From Sphagnum compactum (lineage: Eukaryota), in the NCBI GenBank assembly GCA_965153455.1, contig OZ234493.1:16296213-16360212 (forward strand): DNA of 64,000 nt, read 5' to 3'. The notes beneath the pieces are model-generated. The model had not been told where the DNA came from. It ran no database searches and saw only the letters and a list, made by a program, of their open reading frames with translations. Positions 21,203-33,900 of the stretch are shown here, piece by piece. The first letter of the stretch is position 1. Every line of letters starts with the position of its first letter. Position numbers and translations under genes: made by a program.

Positions 21203-24200
21203 ATGTAAAAAAGCGTGTCTAACGTCTCCTGCTGCACAAACATGTTGTACACTCCAAGTTTAGTCTTCTCATCATTCAACAATTGGCATTCCAATTAGCA
21301 AGTTCCACTACTACACTTCCTACAAAATTCTGTTCTTGGGATTCTGGCATGAACTGAACAATCGTTGGTGACACTGAAGTTGTGATTCATCAGATGCTGG
21401 GTTACTGTCTGAAGACTCAAACAAACAAACAACAGTGCTTGCAGGAGTACGTAATTGACTCCAACCATTGAATCTCTGCCACAGAATGGAGGTCGATCAT
21501 GACTATTGAAGGACTACTAGATAAGTTGATCTGGGGTGATGATGATTAGGATCGGCTTGATGAGAGGACTCTTATGTCATCTATCCATCACTTTCTGGAA
21601 ACAACTGCAAAGGTACATAATTATATGGAGAAATCTATTCAAACTTCATGAAAAAGCAGGATTAATCAACTCAGAGCATTCTGAAAGAACTTGATCTTTC
21701 ATTCACGACAGGTGCAATATATATAGTTTTTCAGGGAAGTCCTACGAAAGAGTGGATCTAGAATGGCAGGCTAGGCAGGCGAGAGAGAGAGAGAGAGAGA
21801 ACTGACGACTAGCTAGTAACTGCTGCAAAATGACGAGTTGCAGCTGCAGGAGTGTCGACAAAGCCTGCTGATGTCTAGAGAGATATTAATACTGGACACT
21901 AAGTGAAGTACTGGGAAGAGCTTGTGCAATCTCGAGCTGATCAAGGACCACTCAATTACAGTTGCAGAGAGAAGAAATGATTACCTAGTCGATCAGGAAA
22001 CACAACAACAAAGTAGTCAGAGGCTCAGAGGCTGGAGCAGCAAGCAGGTGGTCAGTCAGAATTGGCAGATCAAGACTTAGCTGGGAGCAGCTGAATATGA
22101 GGAGAGAGACACACACTGAGAGAGTGAGAGTGACTAGTGTCAGTGGGGGCAGATACAGCAGATGATGAGGAGCACTGGCAAGGGACTGCTGCCTTATGAA
22201 GCCAAACTCTTTGGACACTTGTGATGTGCTGCTGCAGATGATCTCTAAGGGGGGAAGGAAAAGAAATTCCTTCTTTCAAAAGTGGCCCCCGTGCGTGCCT
22301 GCCTGCCTGCCTGCCACAGATTCTGTTCAATTTCTACTGTATCCTTTTCGGTGCCTAACATTTGCACGTGAGTTGAATATTGGAGCCTTATTATTTGTAC
22401 CAAACTTGTCACCAGTCCGTTTTGGAAAACAAAACTTTAGGTCTTGCAAGGTTCAAGATAATGGTTTCCAAGAGGATTCAATTTGGACTTTTTTTTTTTC
22501 TTTTTTTATTTGTGGCCCATTTATCGAACCTAAAAGTTAGGTTTGAGACCAATTTGAATTTGCCACATGTTTTTTTTTGGTTATTTTCCAACATTTTTAA
22601 GTTTTTTTTTCCTTCAATTTTATTTATTTATTTTTACTTTGAGGTTCAGGAGGGGAGAAAAAGGTCGTCCAGGTAGTTGTCTCTTAATAAACAATAGGGC
22701 AAGGCTAATGTGTTTGGAAGCGAACAATTGATGAAGTCAACGCTATTCGTATGTAAATTGAAATGAGGTGAAAAGACTATGTTCTCAATGTGAACACATA
22801 GAATTTTAGGTTTTTTAATTTTGTGTCACTATCAACGTTTTGCACAATGACGACCATGAGCTTTTTATCATTGTTTGTTTTTTTAGACTAATCATCGTTG
22901 TAAGGATTTGAAGAAGGCATGTGTGGGAGTGGATTTGTTTGTTGTTTGTTGTTTGTGTGTAATGTAAAACTTATCTTATGTGGAATGCAAATGGTGGAGG
23001 ATAGAATAGCATTGATGAAACTTCAGAAAGTGGAATCGAAAGTTGGTGTACATGTGAATAAAAGGGGGATGTTGAAATGGAGTTGCAAAACAAAATCAAA
23101 GTTAAGTTATCAACTTATTAGTTTGGGGAGACTTGTAAGTTGTTTGCTACTTATAATGATAGTTGTGTTTTTCTTCCGCTAGACCAATGGCTACCTAGGG
23201 CAATGTGTTATGTATTTATAATGTTGTATGAGGGGTTGGTGTTGAGATATGATGACAATACAAGGTGGTTCGAGCTATAAAAATTTGGGCAAATAATTAA
23301 CTCTACAATCATGCATTTAATTGGAAAAGGTTTGGGTGATTAGTTCAAGCTGCTCCCAGGTAAGTCTTGGGTGATTAGTTCTTTGGAATGGTCAGCATGA
23401 AAAATCCATAAGTATTATCTTTAAGTTGAAGCAAGAAGTGAGTGAAATCTAGGATTTTATCAATATGCAAAACCAATCTCATACCATGAAATCCATGTAA
23501 ACAATCTTGCTTATTCTCAATGCAACAATTTTTGGCAAAAACCTAGTGTTGTCCATTTTTTTAGAAATTATCACACCTTTGAACTACCAATTGGATGGGA
23601 AGAGTGATTGTTGTAGTGGTGATGCAAAAAGAGCATGCTTGAAATGATGCATTGCATAATAAAAGTGGGATCTTAATAGCTCAAGGGATTGAAAGAACAT
23701 TGAAAGATCTAATTTCTACTTAAACTTCCAACAAATTTGAAATGAAAGTTTGATTCAATATCAAAATTTGTAAAATAGAAGTTGGATGGGCATCATTAAG
23801 ATCATGATGTTAATGAATTCACTTGTGTAGTGGGCACCGTTATTGCAACATCACTTTATTTCAAATTTTGTTGAACTTCCATTTAAGCTTAGAACTTGGG
23901 TTTCTATTGTAGGTTTCTATGGTTTAGGACTTTGATTCTATAGAGATAAAATTTTAGGTTTTATTAATGGTTTTCAAATATGTTTTTCTCTTGTTTTATG
24001 TAGCCACTTCTTTTAATTACACATCAACCTACACCCATTCAAAAGCAAAAACAATCAAGGATGTCAAAATTGTTCATTAACAAATAGCACAAGTTTGACA
24101 CCATCTTCATTACCCATGAAAATTAATGTAAAAGTGTGATGAAGTGCTAATGAATGCCTATTCGTCAATCAAGAACCGACTAAGTTTGGAATTGTTCATT

Positions 24201-27200
24201 AACAAATAGTTGGTTGTAAATTGCAATGAGTCTTGGGGTCGATCAAAATGTTAAAACCAATATGTTAAATGCATCTCCAATGCAATATTTGCATTTTAAA
24301 TTTTGACATTCTTGTTAATTGTGCCAATTGTTGTTTGTTAAAAATGCAAATGATTAAGCAATTATCTTTCATAAATTATAATTACATCTACACAATAGCA
24401 AGTTCAATCTTGAGTGCACGTACTACATAAATTTAGGTATGCCCATTAGTTGTGCTCCCTCATGCCTATTGAATACTCACTGTTTTTGTGATTAAACTAC
24501 AAAAGAATCAAAATAAATAAATTGCAACCCCTTGATTTTTTACTTTATGTTGGACCATGTGCTTGTAAAAAAGCACATGCATTTTTTCCATTTTTAATGG
24601 TTTTGTTACAACATTTTCATGATCATACTTTCATAAGTTGATTTATTTTATATTTTTTTCAAGCCTTGCAATGACTAAATGTCAAGCAATAAGGAGTGAG
24701 CTTTCCTTTGTCCCTCATCAACTTCATGTATTAAACACAACCTTTTAAACAAAAAATTGAAATGTTTGGATCATTTTATGACCAATATGTACTACAACGA
24801 GTGGTCAACATTAATTGAATAGTTTTGATATGTCAAGAATAGTGTTGGGTGGTTCTCACCTTTTTTAGAAAACCATTTCTTAAGGGTCAATTTTATAAGG
24901 GTTTAAGAGAAGCGGCCTAGTTCTTAAATTTTTAAAAGTCAAATTTTAATACCCACTCCAATTTTCAAATTAGTCAAAGGTGGAACCATTGATTTTCAAG
25001 GTAAGATGGTTTTCAAGGTTAATGAGATTTGAACCTAAAGGTGCAACAATCCATCAATACTATAAATCACATTTCCATTTATGCATTTATGGATGGTCCT
25101 CAGTAAAGATCATTTTTTTACATGTGTGCACAATTTTTTTCAAAATGATATGAACTTCTTAAAAACCACATCAATAACAATCATGAAAAAGTTCAAAACC
25201 AAAGTTTTACATGTAGATTTGTCATGATATGCTAAAAGGGAAATATCGAACTCTTAATAACTTAATTTTTGTTTTTAAATTTTCTGATGTAACCAAGCTG
25301 ACAATCTTCCGTAAGTCAATTTAGTCAATTTTTGATATTAAAGCAATATAAAAAATATATGTCCTTACTTTTTGGCCACCTACTTGAACCATGTATAAAA
25401 ACCTAGCAATTTTGTTTTAGTTATTTTTAATTTTGATGATTGTTTTTCAAAAAATCATTGAATTTTTGACAAAAGCTTTCAAAAAAATTGCAAAAAAACT
25501 CTATTAAGAACCATTTTAAAATGAAATCACAAAAGGAAAAATCCATATATAATCCCAAAGTTATGATATTAATCATCCATTTATTAGAGCTTCAAATATC
25601 TAATAATTCAGGTCATTAATTTACTATGTGATCACATATACATTTTCATATTTAATTCATAACTTAAAACCAATGTCCATTAGTTAAAATATTAATGTTG
25701 GTACATGCCAAATGGTTTTGAGCAAAACCATCTTGTAAAATACTATGTCGTGACGCCAATATTGGTCCACACATATTTCATGCATTCACATGTATGCACG
25801 CTAGCTACTACCTATGAATTCAACAGCGTTTCTTTCTTCTTTTTTTGGGTGAAATTCACATTTTTCAATGCCAAAAAGTAAAACAGCAATATTCTTACAC
25901 AAATTCCTTCTTTCTCTTAATTTTCCAAATTTTTAGGGAAAACAATTGTGGATAAAATTCCACATTTCAACTGAGTTTTTAGTTTTTTCTTTGTTTTGTG
26001 CCATATGGATTTGTTTCTAAAAACCTAGACTTGCTAATTATGCTACATAAGAAATGTTGTGGAAACATAAAGTTGAAAAACCACTGAAATTTAACTTCCA
26101 AAGGGTTGGGATACTTTGTCCATTTGAAACTTTGATTTGACTATGCACCTTATTCGAATTGCAGTGTTTGTGTTGAAATGTTCTTTAGAAAAATATAGGC
26201 TGTTGAATCTAAGTTGATTTGAGACAAAATATGCTCAAGTACACACAATATGCCAAATTGTTTCATCACAAGATTTTACATGCATTATTTACAATGTATG
26301 CTGAGAACTTTAGAGTGGGTGGGAGGAGCTGGGTAGGACCAGCCACAAAATTGTACTCGGTTGTCCCCATTTACCTTCTTCAAGCACTCTTTTGTCCAGA
26401 CAAATTATGAATGAATTTTTGTTGTTTGTTGAATCATACATACATGAGAGCACGGACACTTTGCATTGTGATTTTTTTTTCTCAAACCTTATATTATGCA
26501 TGTTTGTAAAGTTCACTGACAGCATCTCAAACAAGTGGTGTGTCACACTGTGGCCTTGCCATTTACATCATAAAGTATCTTAAGGCAAAAGAAGAAACTC
26601 AAATATTTCACCATGCAAAAATGTCATCTTCGAAAAATCCTCTAAAAGAAACCAAAATCCTTCAACATACTATAACTCTATAACTAATCTTAAGTTTCAC
26701 CACAAGCCCAAATATCATCTTTCAAAAATCCTCATATCAAAAATAGAACTATTATGTAGGGGCCAAAATCCCTTAAGCTACTCTAATGAATCTAAACACA
26801 TTATAGTTGCCTACCAAGGCAAGGCCAATAAAACGAACCTGCAAAACTTGGAACCTTAGACTATCATTGCCATGACAATCCTCATAGTACAACAGCAATT
26901 TATCAGCCATTGGGAGCAGCAAAATGGACTGTAGATGAAGGAAATATATACTTCAAAGTTCAAATAGTGTGAAAATGGATTTGGAACTGTAAATTTGCAA
27001 CAAGATATAGCAATCTCCACAACACCCAGTAAAATATACAATTTAATGGCCTCTGATTGGCTGTCAGGTTTTGTTTTCAATTTTGTGAGTAGCCAAATTG
27101 GTGAACATCCACAAGAAGGTTTAGCCAAATTTAGGCTGATCCAACTGATTCATTTGAATGTACTCCAAGGGAAAGAAAGTCTTAAAGGGATGGATCAGTC

Positions 27201-30200
27201 AGCTGGTGCATGGATTTGGGAGTCACAGAGTTGATCACTTGGTTGTACAGTACACAAGTTCAATGCTCTCTCATGTTCTGCCATATATTCAACAAATTGT
27301 TCAACAATTGACAAAATATGCTTTCTATGTTTTCTTTTGTGTATGTTGTTATTCTACTTACGCACATGAGCCACCATACTAACATTTTACATGCAGTTGT
27401 TGTGGCATATAACTTCTGACTTGTCCAACTTCCACTCCCTAGATATGACTTAGGAAACACATTCAATGTGGTATTTTGTGAGCGGGTTCTCCATATTGTT
27501 GAAGCTATGTTGCTGAAAAGATTCCCCAAACTTCCAAAATCACAAAATTGAAACTCAAAAAAAAATGGAAAGAAGAATCCCTGCTCTGCTCTGGATGTTA
27601 AAATATGAAAGAAGTAGGTGTGCGCTAGAGAACCAGCAACCAAATTAAATTGATGGTCCTTAACTTTAATTACAAGGATTTGTGGGAGGTGGGAAGCAGT
27701 AGCTAGCCCCTCACTCTTTCTTCAAAATTTTCATCAAGTTTCTCAACTTTGGAAACAGAAAACAATTGACAACAAAATATCAAAATCATGTTATAAATCA
27801 GTTCTCTTTTGCTGAATTGTTTTTCTTAATTAACTTCAAAAATTCATCAACATATGACCGACTGTTTATGAGGTAACTAAACAGAACCAATTTAGTAGGG
27901 AACTAATGTAAATAAAATATCAAAACTTTCAGTCCTTCAAATGCATTTAGAGAACTGGATGTGACTGATCTTTTTGGAACTATGGTAATTTGCCAACACG
28001 GGTTCAAACTTCAAACCATGCAAACTAGGCCAGATGATTATGTCCGTAACTCATCATCCAAGAAACCAATTTCTCTCTACCAATAATCTAACCAATTCTT
28101 CATGAATGAGGTAGACAATGAATCATCAATGAGTCCATGGATGTCTTGCGACCACCCAATCATAAGAAGAACCATCCACCAATTGTGTAATTCAACCAAC
28201 CATCATCACTCACAATATCCATATCCTCAAAGATGTATGTAACCCAATCTAGCATTCTTTCTGTGGGATTCTTTTGTTTTTCCTTTTCAGGAAATAATGA
28301 GGGTGGAAGCCCTCAAGTATTTAAATGATTTGTCAAAAAATGCAACAAATAATAGAATCCATGATGCCTGCATCGGTTGAATGGGGAAAAGGCAATGCAC
28401 TTTTTGAAAAGTTCGGGTTTACAAAAGGCATGGCACAGAAAATCCATGACATAGCTCCATAAATATTCAGACAACCATTTCGCTGATCAAAGCATATTTG
28501 AATTCCAATTATGCATGAAATTTCAATATAGTAGAGTTATCCATAAAGTAACCCTGTCTTCACCCTGTCTTTGGGCCTCCTTTCACCCCCTATACCCTCT
28601 TTCAGTGGTATCTGCAAAGACATTTTAATAAATCTCAGTATGAAATGCTGAACTCAGCATTTAATGCACAATGTTCGAGGCTCATTATAGTAGTTGTACA
28701 GTTAGGAGCAATGGAATATATGCAGCAGCAGTGAAGGCACTCAAGAAAAATGAAAGACAGGATGAAACTCAGTTTACTACCAAAATTGATGGTTTTCTGA
28801 GTTTCACCCCCCTTGAATACTTTTTTGCAAGTTTTTTTCTAATCTCACCCTGTGTATGACCAAACTCAGGGTTCTAGTGCTGTGTTTGTCTTACTTTACG
28901 GATATCCCTAGTATCTCCTGGGTTTTCCTTTTGCAAACTAATAAAAAAGTAATCAAATAATCCCAGAATGTGCGTATATATACATATATATATGTTCAGA
29001 ATTTTCTTTTTGGTAAACTTTTTGGGTATTGTCAATCTCATCAAAAGCAAAATGAATTCCATTCCTCTTTTGGTAAACAAAGTCGTATGTACATTTGGCC
29101 TATTCATCATGGTGAATAATGTTTGGTCGGCTTTCTCCCCGCCATGTCTCTTAGAGAAAAACCTGAAGGACCCAACCACATATCCCACATTCACTACTAA
29201 TTTGCGTTTTTTCTATCTACCACCTTCAAATTTCAACCTAACTTCTCTTAGTTCCTTTCCAAGTGGGACATAGGTTGGAAGCTAAAGTGATACTTCAATT
29301 TTTTTGGTGCAATCCTTTTCTGTAGGAAATAAGCATCCACACCAACCATTGCCATTATACAACCTTCATTGAAGATTTTCTCAATGTAAAATTATCTAGC
29401 TCTAATTCATGAATGGTCAAAGGGAGGAAAAAAGAAAAGCAAGTATATTTTAGATGAAAACCTTAAGTCACCCACCCGAGGTATCTTTAACCAATCACTA
29501 GATACAAATAGATTTTAGCCAAATAGATAAGAAAAATTGTTACCTTATTACCAATTTATGAACCTTTCAAGTTCAGTTTGCCCATCTCCAAAGTAAAACA
29601 ACATGGATGATTATAGAATTGTGCAAAAGGGCAATAATTACATTTTAAACATCAATTTAGCTTGCCTATTATAACCATGTATCGTTCCCTCTTGCACCAT
29701 AATCATGCATAATCATGGGGATTGTTTTTTCAAGTTTGTGCTCTCAAAAAATTTGGTTTTTTTTTCTAAAACATTAGAAACATTAGTAGAATTTACACTA
29801 GAAAAGCACTTTTTTCCAAAACTTTCTGAGTTTATTTGTCAATTAAATAACAAATTTTATCTCCAAAAAAATCACTGATGATAACCCTCAAAATGCAATA
29901 ATTTTCAATCTATTTGGAAGCAAAATTGCCTAGGACCCCATAGAATAGGATAAGAGCCCATCTATGAAACTTAGAGTGTAAAATGACTAGTGATGTTTCA
30001 TACTAGGGTTGGGCAGGTATTTGGGTGGGTCAAATGTCTCTTGTCCATCGAGACAAGAGACCCACATCACCAAATTCCATCGTAGTGTGCGGCCATTTTG
30101 CAACCATCTTACCCCCCAACAACTTGATTGGATTGGTTGCAAATAGGACTCGTGCACCCCCATGCTACTCACCAAATACCACAATGTAGCTTACAAATAT

Positions 30201-30259
30201 ATGCAGCCTCAACAAAAAAGCCAATTTTTGGCACCATGATCGAATCAAAAGAAGTAGGC

Positions 30260-30907
30260 AGTAGTTCTCGCCAATGTATTCAATTAAAGAACGGCTGGTT
30301 TCAGCTTTTTAAATTATTTCTGAATCAAAGAACCGTTGGTCCTGCTTATTTCAAAAACCCTTTAGGAACCAGCGGTTCTCATAAAAGAATTACTGGCAAT
30401 GAACTGGTGATTTATGGCAGGTTCTTTGAATTTTTTCATATATATAGAGAACCATGGGTACATATCAGAATCAAGTATTTGGTTCTTTAGAACGGTCCTG
30501 ATAACCATCATGGGTCTGTTCCCGTTTCTAATAACTGCCCAACATTGTCTCTCACATGTCAAACATGGAACCCACAGGTACGGGTAAAGTATATATATAT
30601 ATACCCTTGATCCACGGTTCACCACAATCAAAGAGCTGGTTTTGACCCTTAGCTGGGGTTCTAAAAAATCAAAGAACCTACCCTAAATTGCTGGTTCTTT
30701 GGTTGTTCATTCATGAGAACTATCAATCCTTTGAAATTTTTGGAAAAGCAAGAACCATGGGTTCTTTTGATTCCGAGACATGAAAACGGAGGTTCTGAGA
30801 TTCTGAAATTTTTCAAAAGAATTGGAACCTGAGCTTCATTGATTTCTCGATTTTTGAAAACGGAGAAGCAGACTTCGTAAAGAATTCAAAGAACCACACA
30901 ACACTGG
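30260..30907. mobile_element. MITE-like non-autonomous repeat rich in AAGAACC/GGTTCTT motifs
   Basis: Many interspersed direct and inverted AAAGAACC/GGTTCTTT motifs; right end AAAGAACCACACAACACTG. Left end and TSD not resolved. Confidence 0.4.
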
Positions 30908-33900
30908 TTCTCTCTTCCTGTCTCTTTCCCTATCCCTGGATATGAATAACTCTTGGTGAAATTTGAATGACAAATTATTAGGCCATCATGTAAATACAGC
31001 CATTGGATTCCCCATAATTGGGTGTTTTCTCTTTGAATTTTCCATGGGGCTTTAGATACTCTTTTCCTTTCACCAAAGTATTTACCTTTTTCTTTCTGTC
31101 ATGAAACCACTTTCTCTCTCAAATGTCTTCATTCCAAGTTAGATCATATTCTGATTCCATATCAAACTCTTCTTCTCAGACATTTTATAGTCCAAAACAT
31201 GCTGTTTTTTTCAAAATCATTGTTGTAGTACATTCACATTATTGTTTCTTGACAAATATTTCTCAAAAAACCATACTTGTTATGTTTTGCAAATTAATGT
31301 CAAAGATCATTTGCATAATGATCAAAACCATAACAGTCTGGTAAATAGCGCCATGTATGGATTAAAATTTGATTTTCACTGCTAGATAGAGCAAGAGAAG
31401 CTCATTTCAAATGTGTCATCCATGGTTTCCATACCCTTAGTTCTTGAGTTTGTCTATCCCGCTAGCAGTATGACTGATTGTTACACCGCGACGTAACAAA
31501 GCATGACAGCTAACAAAAGATTAAATGTTGAGGTCCCAGAGCTTCAGGCAATGGTTATCCTTGAGTCTGACAGCCGGCATGTTGTTGCATTCTTGCAGTC
31601 CCATTAGGAATGACTAAAGTTGTGATACCCATTGCAACAATTGATGGGTATTAGGAGGTTCTTGGGTTGAATGTTCAAAACATCAGCCCTTATGAATAGG
31701 CCCTAATAGACAGCTATTTCAACAAATAATACCTGAAATTTTGTACAAGGAGGGTAATGTTTAGAGCTACAGATTAATATTAGGCAGGTTCATTAATTTT
31801 TCAAAATCCAGTTATTTGATATCTTGTATGACATAGATTTTTCTTTTCAAAAAGACTCCACCTGCTCAGCTAGGTATTGAAAAAAATTAACATCAGGCCA
31901 ACACTGGTATAGACTATAGACATTCCATGTTTGTGCAGTAACTGCAGTCAAATGATCATGGGTCGATTATATTCTTGTAACAAATTGTATACCTGCCTTC
32001 TCAATGTATAAAAAAATGAGAGTACAATTTATATCAATCTTAAGCAAGTTAATGGACCTTGCCATTCATAAAACACTTGGACAAAAGGGAACGAGGATTT
32101 TCAAACATAACACATCCAACAAACCTATAGAACTCATAAGGTTTCCAAAAGATTCAAACTCAATTTCTTAAGGACTTTTCATTCTCGAAAGATTAGATCT
32201 CTAAGTAGGTGTAAGAGGTAGGGCATAAGATGCCAGATTATTCGCACATATATGGTGCCGCCCTCCATATACACTAAGAAATTCCTCCGAGCACTCTCCA
32301 ATTTCTTCCCATTGTGACCTTGTGTTTTTTGAGCTTTAAAATTCTCTCAAGGCATCAAGAAATTGGTCATGACACATATGATCATGACGGGAATTATTCT
32401 TATGGAAATTAGGGACAAGGGGCCCCCTTCCTTTTCCCCATCCTCCCCCACACCCAAACAAAAGATCACCCGTATTCCTAACTACCCATCATAGGAATTT
32501 GAATCAACCATAGCAGAACTACCACAACTGGCAGGAACATGACTACAACAGACGGTCCAAATAAAGGTATAATAATAAGTAGATGGTGATTGTGCCCAAC
32601 TAACTAATTTTACAAGCTCACCAACAAAGAACCTCTTTGAGGTACAATGTCTCACTGGGACAGAAATCTGTTTGTACAGTAATTGGAAAAGAATTGCATG
32701 ATCCAACTCAAAAAAATTAGTATAAGTAATACTTAAAGGGGTCACACAATTTAGATCATCTTTCAAGTTCAAATCAACCCCTAGACCGACACAACATTAA
32801 TATTCTCATCTAATAATTGGTGGCATGGGAAGCCTTGTCCATTTAGTAAGAACCCACCAGATGGATCAAGTAGGTGAAATTAACTGGTCAAAAGTTGAGC
32901 ATTCGAATCACTATGGACGAAAGCAAAAAGTATTGCATTGTGAGAGGGTGTGTAAGTTGTGGTCATGGAAAGAATGCATCATAAGTTTATTATCATTTGA
33001 TGATTCCTTGTGGACCTTTGCCTACGGATTGTGTATATGGAGCTTCTAGTTGAGCATGTGAGCTGACAGGCACTGCATGGACTCAAATGGTAAACTTTGA
33101 GGGTTGGAACTTGTCAGTGCTTACTGGGGTTCCTTTCTATGTCTTGTTCCCATATCAAAGGACAACAATGGTGGGCTTTTGGAATTGGATTGGAAGGCTT
33201 TTCTTGACTGCTTTTACCGATTCGGTCATGGGAGATCCCCACCTAGTTATTTCAGGTGACGTGTTATTTCAACCACTCTATAATATGGCATTTCCTGAAA
33301 GGTACTTTGGACACTTCCCCAAAGGTTTTTTTGGTGGTTACAAGTCATGGCCTCTCATTGAAATAAAGTAAGGAACTTCCCAAGCTAGTGGAGCCATAGT
33401 TTATTTGGTAGGTAAGGGTAAGAATGAGGATGTTATTGAAATACGGCACCCACCCTAGACGGCAACTAAGTACAGGCACCAAATTCTGGTAACGTACTCC
33501 TACCCAACAAGGGCCTTATCACACAGAAAGGCTTGTCAAAATTTTACTTGCACATTTAACGTCAAATAATCAAGAAAATGGGCAAGCCCTTATGAGGTAA
33601 AAGGCAGAATGGAACCCTAATGCGTCTACTTTAGCCATAACTCTAATAAGTTTCATGTGTTGCCAGGTGCTATGAAATTAACCTGGTATGGATTTGATGA
33701 CTACAAGGAGGACCCTTATTATATCTGCATATATTTGTTAAAGCTTTATCTTTGAACACAGAACTGGCCCCCCCCCCTCCCAGTTTCATGGAGTTCCAGT
33801 TCCAGGCCCCAGGAGCTAACAGTGCAACGTTGTGGATTAGAAGAACCAGGGGCTGCTGCTGGGTCTGAAATTTGTCTAGAAGAATTCCAGACTGGAGATC

